From: Vitrella brassicaformis CCMP3155
Taxonomy: Eukaryota > Protista > Chromerida
NCBI GenBank assembly: GCA_001179505.1
Contig: CDMY01000655.1
Coordinates: forward strand, 1-35,966
Direction of reading: 5' to 3'
DNA length: 35,966 bases
How positions within the stretch are numbered: position 1 is the first letter of the stretch; every line of letters begins with the position of its first letter. This document shows, in pieces, positions 12,338 to 22,949 of the stretch. The position numbers and the translations under genes are program-made. The notes under the pieces are model-generated. The model worked only from the letters and a program-made list of their open reading frames with translations, was not told the DNA's origin and ran no database searches.

Positions 12338-12637
12338 NNNNNNNNNNNNNNNNNNNNNNNNNNNNNNNNNNNNNNNNNNNNNNNNNNNNNNNNNNNNNNN
12401 NNNNNNNNNNNNNNNNNNNNNNNNNNNNNNNNNNNNNNNNNNNNNNNNNNNNNNNNNNNNNNNNNNNNNNNNNNNNNNNNNNNNNNNNNNNNNNNNNNNN
12501 NNNNNNNNNNNNNNNNNNNNNNNNNNNNNNNNNNNNNNNNNNNNNNNNNNNNNNNNNNNNNNNNNNNNNNNNNNNNNNNNNNNNNNNNNNNNNNNNNNNN
12601 NNNNNNNNNNNNNNNNNNNNNNNNNNNNNNNNNNNNN
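12338..12637. other. Assembly gap (300 N) flanked by poly-G
   Basis: Exactly 300 N with G-runs on both sides. Confidence 0.99.
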
Positions 12638-12859
12638 GGGGGGGGGGGGGGGGGGGGGGGGTTGCCATGGAAAGCCCCCCCAGACCCTCTTACTTCGCCG
12701 CCTCCTCAGCCAGCCATCTCCATTTTCAAAACCTCGCAAACCCCTCAAAAAATCAAAGGAGTAGTATTAAAAAATCTCAAATCAAAATAGAAAGGGAGTA
12801 ATTTTAAAAATATTCAAATCAAAGGGAGGAGGCTTCAACGGGGTGACTTACCCCTGCGT

Positions 12860-15800
12860 ATGTATACCTTTTTACCCCCGACGGCTGTTTTCCTCGTGTT
12901 GTTTAGTGCATCTTTGACTGTGGCGTTCTCGGAATCGAGTGTTCGTGCATCGAAGACTGCGAAAACTCAATCAGACCGGAATCCCTTTGAGCTTCGGCTG
13001 GACGACCGAAAACGATTCGTCCAGGAAGGAGACACCCGTCCGTACGGCGGGGGCCAGTATGAGTACCTCAGTCCTCGGCCCAAGGCTGCCCACGTCAACG
13101 AAAAGACATCGATCGCCCTTCGTGAGGGGAGGAAGGTTTTGGATGGTCCCGAGGAGGTGGGTGAGCTGTTTCGTGTTGAAGGAGAGAAGACTGGGACCGT
13201 GCACGGCCAAGTGGTACTCGCCCGGGATGGGAAAACGTTGCTGTTCTATCCTAGAACACCGCTGGCTCGCGGAGAAGAGGTGACTGTCACCGTACGCAGA
13301 GGATTGAGGGTTGCATCGCATGGGCAATCGAGTGATGAAGGGGCACTTGAAGTGGGAGGCTATGAATGGAGTTTCACCATTCGGGACGACGAGGAGCGGT
13401 CTGATATTCTTGCCGAAGACGAATTCTACAGGTCGCCCGACTGGTTTCAAGGAAGAAACCAGACCAGGAGACAAATCCTCACAATTCGGATGAGAAGCGG
13501 CCTCGGACGCTTCCGCAATGGGGCGTTCATTGGAAGTCCACTCACCAACAAGAGAAGAACGGCGAGCTGGAAGCCGATGAAAAAGGGCTCTATTACTTCG
13601 GACGCGCTGTCGGCCTGGCACAGGTGCGAAGAGGCAGATGTCAAATCGAACGGTATGTGCCCTTTCGTTTTCTTAGCTGGTCATCCTTGAAAGGGATGGC
13701 CAGCGAGTGTGGTGGCACGCGACCAGAATGGAACGCGCTTCAGACCTGCACGTCCAGGGTAACGGCAACCTGGCGTTTACTTTGGGTGAGGCGGATGCGG
13801 CTTACGAGTTCGACAACCACTACGAACTGGTTCGCATCATCGACAGATGCGCAGCGTATACATGCCGATTGATCTTGTAGGTCAAGAGGCACAGAGCAGG
13901 CAACGGGTATGTCATGAATGTTCACTCCTTTGAGCTCCTAAAGGACGGCAGCAGGTGAGAAACCAAAAACAACCTTTCTTAGTAGGCACCCACCATGCTT
14001 TGTGTAGCATCTACAACTGCTGGCCAATTGTCAACAACATGTGGGAGGATGTCGTGCAAGTGAAAGACCCAGACGGTTAAGCAGACATCACTGACAGCTT
14101 CTGGGCCAGCAATTCATCAGAATCTCCCCTGGATCGCCACATAGGCAACATCGTGCTTGAGTGGCGAAGCATTGATGACTTCCATGGAGGTAGGGGAGCA
14201 TATTGGTGGCTGATGAAGAGTGTGTGTGCCTCCCTTTGCCTCACTCGCCAGGTGGTGATCCAGCTTGGTCCGCACACGAAGACGTGAGAGTACCACATAG
14301 GCGATAGACGCTTCTTTGAAATTCCTCCCTGGTCTTCATTGGTTGTAGCGATACCACGGGAACAGTGCAGTGGAAACCCCTGGTACATAAGAGTTCCCGG
14401 GATCATATCCACTGCACTGTTCCCGTGCAGATGGCAACTACCTCATTTCCCTGCGGACGGCCAACCTAGTTTTCCTCTTGAGTGCTAAGACGCGGTACGC
14501 GCGTAGCAGTCAGTAGAGCTGCTTGGTATTTCCTTTCTGTGTCACTGCGTTCAGCATCCTGTGGCGGCTGGGAGGCGGCAGTATAAGGTGTGCCAGAAAA
14601 ATACAGAAACACGCATCTGGAGGAGACTTATCTCTGTGATGCATAGCGATTTCACATTCATCGATGTCGATGAGGAGGAGAAGCAGTCACCCGACGACCC
14701 GCCATTCATAGGCCAACATTCTCCATACCAGCTGCCGAATGGTAAAGGGCGAGAGAGATAAGGCTGCCCTGAGACACGTCTGTTGTTGAACTTCGCTGTG
14801 CAGGCAATATTCTCATGTCAGTAAAGACACATACGAGGAAAAACAGAAGAGAAAAAGTGAATGATTTTTCAGGTACGACAACCAGTTCAGGCATTGGTCA
14901 TGGACTTACCTCCCCGACAGCTCTTTGCCCGGCCGCCACGCGTCGCGCGTGGTTGAGTGGGAGCTCGATATTGAGAAAATGACGGCGACCAACGTGTGGT
15001 CGTATACGCATCCGAAGAGGTAAGCAAGTAGTGGCGTGGGAGATCGAATTGCTTAAGTGCACTAATCCCTGGCAGGCTCTGGAGCTGGTGCTGTGGGGGT
15101 GTCCATCTGATCAACACCACTGAATCTGACGCTCCAATCCTGGCGATTGGCTGGGGTGCTACTGATGTTTTTTACAATGAGGTGACGTACGAGAGTGAGC
15201 CCAAGATCATCAGAGAATTCAGTGGCTTTAGTCCCAATCGGGTGGGAAAACAGAATGGGTGTAATGGTGAATGACTTGTCTCATTTGGCGGGCCCTCCTT
15301 AGGTCTATTTGCAGCCTTGGGAAGGCTTCTCCAATGATCCACCCCGACTTCTTCTCTGCAGTGACTACGCTAAGGACCCCGACTCCTTTGGTGAGCTGGA
15401 TGACTGGACGCTCCACATGGCGTATAATGGCGTGACTGGTGAGCATGCGTAATAGCAGAAAGAAGCAAGAAGCTTTCCTCGTTTCGGACAGGAATACCAA
15501 GGTGGCGCGTCCATGGTGGTCACATCTTCTGTGTGCAGGAATAACGAAGTGGCGTGTGTATGTTGATACCTCCCCTGAGACCCTTGCCCAGCAGAAAGCA
15601 GGGGAATTTCTCGTGGAAATTCCCAAACAGGACTTTGAAGAGACGCTGTCGCTGAAGTCTGTGCGACAGCTGATGGACGTCACAGGCAACAAGAGTATCG
15701 AATACAGCGGGAAGGATGCTATATGCGCAAGTCGTCCCAGTCAAGGGCAAGGACGAAACCCTCACGCCATCGAAAACGATCAAAGGTGCGCTGGGAGCCG

Positions 15801-16231
15801 GGCGATCGATCAAGTAGTGCTTTGGAAACCACGGTTTTGTTTTGCATACGTCCCTCTCCCTCTGTGCTGCCATGCGACCAGTGCCTCTGGGTCTCTATGA
15901 GGATGCGGATGCTGACGGCGCCGCGGTGCTTCTGCCGCCATCTTCAGTAGTTCCATGTGGCTGCTTCGAGCCGGACATAGGGAAAGAACGTGATGAGGAC
16001 GAGGATGAAATCATTAAGGAGATTGACCTGAAGGATGCCATGCAGCTCGATAAGGACGTGATCAACATGGCTGCCATCGTCCGCTGTCAAGAAGTGTGTC
16101 AGCAAACGTCGGGCTGTGGTGTCTTCTCCTTCTACGAGGATCTGTCACTGTGTCAGCTTCGTCGGGGTGGTGAGCAATGGCAGCGTCGGCACTCGCTTCC
16201 AAACGTCATCTCCGGAGCAAAAACATGCTGA
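12860..16231 (+). CDS. Secreted PAPS-independent arylsulfotransferase (ASST-like) with N-terminal Ig-like (Big_5-like) and C-terminal PAN/Apple domains
   Basis: Hydrophobic N-terminus (TAVFLVLFSASLTVAFS); Ig-like YLSPRP...DGKTLLFYPRTPLARGEEVTVTV...WSFT. Spliced motifs AGNGYVMNVHSF (His 13923), YHGNSAVETPDGNYLISLR (His 14355), ILWRLGG, FIGQH (His 14717), MYDN, SRVVEWELD..MTATNVWSY, IGWG, PWEG. PAN CQEVCQQTSGCGVFSF...CQL...SGAKTC before the stop. Confidence 0.85.
14355..14427 (+). repeat. Perfect 20-bp inverted repeat pairing an exon with the next intron's 3' end
   Basis: CACGGGAACAGTGCAGTGGA (14355-14374) and TCCACTGCACTGTTCCCGTG (14408-14427) are exact reverse complements. Confidence 0.95.
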
Positions 16232-16744
16232 ATCAACCAAATGTCCCCGAAGCACGACGGAGCCTGGCGCACAAAGGTTCCCCCCGCAAACGAAGAAACG
16301 GACGGACGGTAGCTACTATCGTTCATTTATTCGTTGCACCTCTATAAGCATGATGGAAAAAAAAGAAAAAAGAAAAAAGAAAAAAGGACCAGGGGAAGTC
16401 TTGTCTGCTGGTCGGTGTGACGTCGCCTGGCTCACTTCCAGCATATTGGGAAGTTTGTCTTTCAAATCGTCCGGGTTCCGTTGGGCAGTTCTCCATCTGG
16501 AGAATGGTTTTTGTATGTGAGACAATGCGGTACTGTGCTGCCTGAGAGTATACTGGGTGTGTGGATGCCTGTGCGGCGACTGTCTTGTTTGTCGTTTGTT
16601 TATCGTATGTTATTTTGTCTCGGCGGCGTGTCCGTAGCCGACAACAGACTTGTTGACAGGTTGTTTATCTCACTACTGTGAGCCAAATCCTACTTGCTTT
16701 CGTAGGCATACCTGACATTGCAGACAGACAGACAGACAGACAGA

Positions 16745-18900
16745 AAAACGAACCGGTCTGCTGGATCTGCTGTCCAGCAGTTTCCTCCTTACCCGAAGTA
16801 AGCAAGCTGTCTGTGATCGCCGGAGTGTGGGTTCTTTCCAGGAATTCTGACGAATTCTGACATCTCGGATCCTCACTGCGGCGGTCCTGCCCCCCGCCTT
16901 CATGCCACACCGCTCCTTATTGTCCAGGACGGCCTTGGACTCGCTCATGGCTTCTCCACTCGGGAGATCCACACACGCCAGATCTAGATTGGCCCATGAT
17001 TGACCCCTCTCCGCCCGCTGGCCAAACCAGCATGAGCGTACGCACACAAGTCAGGTGCTGGTAGGCCGTAGGTATGTGGCCCACCAGAAGAGGACTGCCC
17101 ATAGCGTGTCAACGAGTTCATCGAGCTCTCCCAGGTCGATATCGACTGCCTCTCCCTCGTATACACATGCATATGTTGACGGCGCCGTCAGCCATCCCTC
17201 CCACCCACCACTGCTTATCCCCCCTCTCTCACACCTACGATGGACGTCGAGATGCCTGGTGACGACAACAGACTCGAAATAGTCGTCGACCGAGGGAGCC
17301 CTGAGCAAACCATCAAGAATGTCGACATCAGAGGCGCCGTCATGCAGATGCCGATGTCGTTATGGAACGGCCTGCTCAGGTGCACCATGCCGGCAAAAAT
17401 GGATCGTCTCCCCAAGCCCTTGAGCGAGGAGCGGTTGTCGACGATACTCGCCAACCCAGGCGCCTTGGTTGAGAGCAGCGCAATCAACTTCCGTATGTAT
17501 TTCGCGTGGATAATACAACATTCTCCCCATCCTCACGTCCCTTGCCAGCTAGTCGAAGCTCCTATCTCATTTACTCGCTCAACCTTGCGAGAATCACTAC
17601 ATCCGAAAGCGCCTCCTCCAAAGGGACTCATCGGAGCATCCCCATCTTGAGAAGCGGCAGACTCTGTCGGAGAGAAAGGCACACGTACATGAGTGATCCA
17701 TGCAACACTGCCTGCCCCAGGCAGCACCTACGTACCGCAATCCACGTTTATGTTCCAGGGGCCAACTACGGTGCTTACTCGGTTCGGCACCGTCGCCATC
17801 CGCTGCGAAGCGAACCGAGTACGTCGGCCTGCAAACAAGCAGATGAAGCGCGACATGTACAGAGATATGTATATGTTTGCGTCTGCACACTGGCAGCTTA
17901 CTGGACTGGAGTTCTGCTGGGAGCGGAACAAGTGCGGTCTCGGCTGAACCTACGCACACACACATACACACACAGACCCTGTAAGGCTCGCGTGATCACG
18001 CTCCGCTGGGACTCTGCCAACTCGATTCCCACATCTCCGTCGTCATTGCGGAAGACCCTCCAGTACAGCCTTCTCAGTGGCCTCAGAAGATGACGCGTCC
18101 ACATCGTCCCTGTCGTCAAAGCCACCCTTGCGGACAGGCACGTGGACAGGCAATGAGCAGCGCTGACAGATGCCACAACATTGCGAGGCGCCACTGGGAG
18201 TAAACTGACGCAAAGAGCTTTGCGCAAGAAGCTTTGCGAAGGGCATCTTCTATATATAACACAACAAATGGAGACGTTCGGCCGTTGGGGTGGCGAGACC
18301 CTCACCCTGCTTTGCCGCCTAGCGCGACGGCGCGTCCCCCCGCCCGCCAGCCCTGCAGAAGACCGTGCGTTTTTTCATGAGGTGGATGACAGGTCGATGG
18401 CTTTCTCCTCGACTTGATCGAGCAGCTGTCGCAGCCGAATGAGCACGTGACCGAGCAGCAGGGCCACGAGAGCCTCATTCGGCTTCACGGCCTTGGCGTC
18501 GTCATCGCCCTTGCACAAATCGTTGCAGCCCCCATGGCGTGTTCTTGTGATGTCATCCGGTGATAAAACAGTTGACAATTCCGCAGCCGTTACGCATGTA
18601 ATGTTTGTACATGTACACAAAGGCGCGACTATTGAGCACGTGGGCTGGAATGCGGACTGTTGCGACAAGGAATGTATATCGGACGACAGGATTGCCTGAC
18701 GGCAAACCGTACTTTCACATTTATATGCGTAGAGCTTGGACGTCCAAGTGGGCTACGTGCCGTTGGCCGAAGTTGCCTGCAGCCCTTCTTTTCTGTCTGT
18801 GTGTTAACCGGTCGGGGGCGCAAGTGATCCCCGGCCCTGTCATCCCTGACTATGTCGACGATGAAGGATGTAAGTGAGGCAGCCAAAGGGCACAGCCATC
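16745..18900 (+). CDS. Putative coding exons of unresolved structure (possible 5' extension of the PAN-GH3 gene, or a separate gene)
   Basis: Plus-strand exon-like pieces with GC3-rich codons and splice sites: RVNEFIELSQVDIDCLSL, then PSLPPTTAYPPSLTPTMDVEMPGDDNRLEIVVDRG...AINF|gtatgt. No recognisable domain, and linkage to downstream exons is not established. Confidence 0.4.
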
Positions 18901-18945
18901 CACGACTGACGTGTTCCACTGTCAGCCAGCTGCTTTGAGCACGGT

Positions 18946-21900
18946 GTGTTCTACCGTCTTCGCCAGGGCACGATGGCCACTCGGAACATGATGATGGGCA
19001 TCGCCACCCCCCGTCACTGCCAGATGAAGTGCTGGGCTTGGGAAGAATGCGAGGCATTCACCTTCTCGTACGACCACGGGTGCTTCCTTCTCACCGACAA
19101 ACTGACCGACGTTCAACATAAGCAAGAGAGCCATTTCGCTACATCAGGGCCCAAATATTGCACCTCGGACGGACAGCAAAGCACAGAAGGCGGGACAGAG
19201 GAGCTGATCGGGGGATGGTATGTGACATTAGGAATCTACGGAAAGATGACAGTGTGAGTGATTATGATTTGTTTTGTGGATGGCAGTATCGCTCAGGGCT
19301 GCCACTACTATGCCACGCCTATCGATGTTGTCAGTCTGGGATCTGTTGCGACACCATTTAGGTGCCAGGCCCTCTGTCAGCAATATGAGGCCTGCATCGT
19401 CTTTAGCTACGACTACAGCACGCAGCTATGCACTCTGCATGCTACCGAAGAGAAAAAGACTACCAGCCTCACCCCAAACCATCTTTGTGGGCCAAGGTCA
19501 GTGCGTACATGCTGACACATGTGTGCATCGATTGTGTGGATCTAGGTCGTGTGCCCTGTGGCCCGAGCCGCCCAAAGTGAGAGGCCCTGTGGCCAAGTCA
19601 TTCAAGCTGACCGCCCCCATGGAAGACTATATCGATGGCCTATTGGCGAAGATGCACAACTTGGAAAAAGTCAGCCAGATGGTCATCAGCACGGACCCTG
19701 TCGGCGAGGGTCCTAGCTCACTTGAGGAGTACAACGTCAACGTGCTGTGGCCGCTTAAAGAGGAAGATGCCACGATCGTTCAACAAACGACAAAGAACAA
19801 TTACCAGCACTCGATGCAACGCAAAGAGGGCCGTCGTTTGGGCATTCCGTCCATCACTGCTATAGACGCTGTCCACGGGCTGAATACCATCGGCCACGCC
19901 ACCATCTTCCCCCACAACATCGGCCTGGGATGCGCCAGCGATCCAGACCTCATGCGACGAATCGGTACAGGCCGCGAGAAACACAGAGATGCGTGGATCA
20001 CAGTCTCTATCCGCGTGCTTTTAGGTCGTGTGACTGCTCTAGAGCTCCGCGCGGTGGGCTTCGCGTGGATCTTGGCCCCTGTCACCGCGGTGTCCACCGA
20101 CTACAGGTGGGGCAGAACTTATGAGAGCTTTTCGGAGAACGGAACCGTAACGGCTAACCTCGTTGAGGTGCAGATACACACAGTCGAAAGCGCATATGCA
20201 AAGTCTCTACACATGATCGATGGCTCAGGCGTACATAAACGGTCTGCAAGAGGGCGCGGGAACCGGCACTGGTGTGGCAGCTATGTGCAAGCATTTCCTG
20301 GGTGACGGAGGGACACTCGGCGGTGTAGTCGACGGTGACACCGAAATGGGGGAGGACGAATTGATCGGAGTCCACTTCAGACCCTTCATAGGGTGCTTCA
20401 AAGCGAGTATGTACACAAGTACTGTTTGGCCAATCCATATGTGCCTGCCTCTGCCTGATAGAGGTGATGAGCACGATGCCTTCATTCAACGAGATCAACG
20501 GCATAGAGATGCACCAGCACTACCACTACCTGACGGAGATCCTCAAGGGCCACTTCGGCTTCGATGGGGTCGTCATGAGCGACTGGAACGCGCACGCTGA
20601 CATACCTTCTTGCACGTTGGACAGCTGCCCACAAGGCATCAACGCGGGCGTACAGCACGCATCCTCCTGTCTCACACACGCACTCATTGTAACTCCCTAC
20701 TTGACACCTTTATCAGATTGACATGTTTCTCCTCTCCACGGTGGGTGGCGATCACTACTCCAAGTTTATCGAGAAAACCCTCCAGGCTGTCAGAAATGGC
20801 ACCGTACCGCAGTCGCGCATCGACGACGCCGCCAGACGTGTGTTGCGTCTTAAGGCCCGGCTAGGCATGATCGGACCTGGTGTCAACGCACTGGACAGAA
20901 TAGGCGACGTCAACATCACCGCCATCGGCAGCCCAGAGCACACGGCCGTCGCCAGGGAAGCCGTACAAAAGTCGGCGGTGCTGCTCAAGGTGAGAGGAGA
21001 AAGATCAGAGAGCAAGTCTTAAGTGTTTCGGTACGTGGCATTTGAGCAGAACAATGGCGGTGTGTTGCCGCTGAAGCCACGGGCCGGCATGAGGGTGTTG
21101 GTGATGGGCAAGGCGCGATGGACCTATCTCGCGTGTGGGGGATGGACCATGGCGTGGCAGGGACAGGGTGAGCTCAAAACGCGAGTAACGAGTCTGTCCT
21201 GGATCATGCTTGCTGTCATTCCCCCCTATCCAGTCAACGACGACGTTTTCGATAGGGTGGACAATTCTGCAAGCCTCTTGGAGGCCCTCCAGGAGCACAG
21301 CAACAGTAATAACTACACGGTGGTTGACGACGAGGAAGGCAAAGGCCTGCTGAACAGCGACTACGACGTCATTGTTCACGTCATGGCCGAAGACCCCTAC
21401 GCCGAGGTCTATGGCGACCTGGATGATGGAGAAAGCCTCATGCACCACCGAAACGAGTACGCACACATTCTTCGCCATGTAGCGGTTGATGAGTCGTATT
21501 CTGGGATGCATGTGGCACAGGTCCAGATCCGGCAGGCATACGTACCCAGAGGACTTCATCCGCCTGAAACATGCACGCGACAACGCACCCACGACCCCAA
21601 TTATTACCATTTTGTACTCAGGGAGGCCGCTGTATGTCAGCGCAGAGATAAACCTCTCAGACGCCTTCGTCGCCGCGTGGCTACCATGCAAACAGGCGGG
21701 CCCCGGGCTCACCGATCTGCTCTTTGGAGAGGTGGACTTCACCGGCCGGTTGTCCATGACATGGCCCGCTCACCCATGCCAGTTCAACATCCGCAAGGGC
21801 GACGGGCAGCAGCCATTATTCCCCTACAGCTATGGCCTCTCTTACGAGGACACGCACCCTCGGAAAGACATGCCACTTCTTGACGTTATTGAGCTCGACA

Positions 21901-21980
21901 CGTGTCTCAATCCGTGCAGTGATTTAGACGGGGAAGACATCACCTGGGAGTCGCCCGATTGCAACTTAGGAAGATCCTGA
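18946..21980 (+). CDS. Glycoside hydrolase family 3 (ExoI-like beta-glucosidase/beta-glucan exohydrolase) preceded by two PAN/Apple domains; true start upstream and unresolved
   Basis: PAN1 CQMKCWAWEECEAFTF...CFL...SGPKYC; PAN2 CQALCQQYEACIVFSY...CTL...CGPR. GH3 motifs DAVHG, ATIFPHNIGLG, WGRTYESFSE, KHFLGDGG, VMSDW (nucleophile Asp 20581), CGGWT, PYAEVYGD (acid/base Glu 21404), SGRP, AAWLP, PLFPYSYGL. Confidence 0.92.
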
Positions 21981-22028
21981 TGAGTTTTGTTGTTGTTGTT
22001 GTTGTTGTTGGGGGGGGGGGGGGGGGGT

Positions 22029-22328
22029 NNNNNNNNNNNNNNNNNNNNNNNNNNNNNNNNNNNNNNNNNNNNNNNNNNNNNNNNNNNNNNNNNNNNNNNN
22101 NNNNNNNNNNNNNNNNNNNNNNNNNNNNNNNNNNNNNNNNNNNNNNNNNNNNNNNNNNNNNNNNNNNNNNNNNNNNNNNNNNNNNNNNNNNNNNNNNNNN
22201 NNNNNNNNNNNNNNNNNNNNNNNNNNNNNNNNNNNNNNNNNNNNNNNNNNNNNNNNNNNNNNNNNNNNNNNNNNNNNNNNNNNNNNNNNNNNNNNNNNNN
22301 NNNNNNNNNNNNNNNNNNNNNNNNNNNN
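22029..22328. other. Assembly gap (300 N) flanked by (GTT)n and poly-G
   Basis: Exactly 300 N. Confidence 0.99.
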
Positions 22329-22662
22329 GGGGGGGTTGGTTTGTTTGGCTTCCTGATGGGTTGACGCGTCGTGTTCCGCTTATTACTGTGCGCGCCCCTC
22401 ACAAATGACAGGACTGTTTGGTAATTTTTGCAGCTTTGTGCGCAAATAATACGAAAAGTCAGTCCATCCGCAGATGAAAAAGCATACATCCCACCCTCTC
22501 AGGGAGGGCAAAAAGGAAGACGAGTGAGATAAACATGACCAACATCGAAGGGAATCATCGGATGGTGCTTGGCGTATTTCTGTCATTACAGTATCGTTCG
22601 CGAGTAAGGCGCCCAGCAAGCTGAGCGCGGTGCACGACCCCTCAAGTGATCGAGGTGATTGC

Positions 22663-22919
22663 GCGTTTGACGGAGAATGCGGATGCGTCCAACGAACACG
22701 TCGACCACACCATTCATGCGATGAGTAAAGGAACACATGTGCTCACTCAGCATGTCCTTCTCCGTTTTGTAGCTGTGTGTCATGAGAGAGAGGTACGAAG
22801 ACGAAGAGACAGAGAATACCTCACAGGTGAGCAGAAGACGCACACCACAAATCATGAAGGGACGGCAGGTATTGTGCAGTGGGGATGAAATACACGAATC
22901 ATGAACCATGCAGCGGATC
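22663..22919 (+). repeat. ~260-bp direct repeat, copy 1
   Basis: GCGTTTGACGGAGAATG...CACCATTCATGCGATGA...CACCACAAATCATGAAGGGACGGCAGGTATTGTGCAGTGGGGATGAAATACACGAATCATGAACCATGCAGCGGATC recurs at 26375-26648 with substitutions and indels. Confidence 0.92.
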
Positions 22920-22949
22920 AAGAAACATACACAGATAGCTTCTGTCAAC

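Noticed and set aside
12009-12801. Long ORFs spanning N-runs (also 21842-22489, 25675-26466, 28873-29369)
   Set aside because: Artefacts of translating assembly gaps.
16722-16743. (GACA)n and (GT)n/(AC)n microsatellites here and at ~23149-23185
   Set aside because: Ordinary intronic or intergenic simple repeats, frequent throughout this window.
1-21980. Bacterial contamination as the source of the PKS, ASST and GH3 genes
   Set aside because: All are interrupted by in-phase spliceosomal GT-AG introns in the same style as NOG1.
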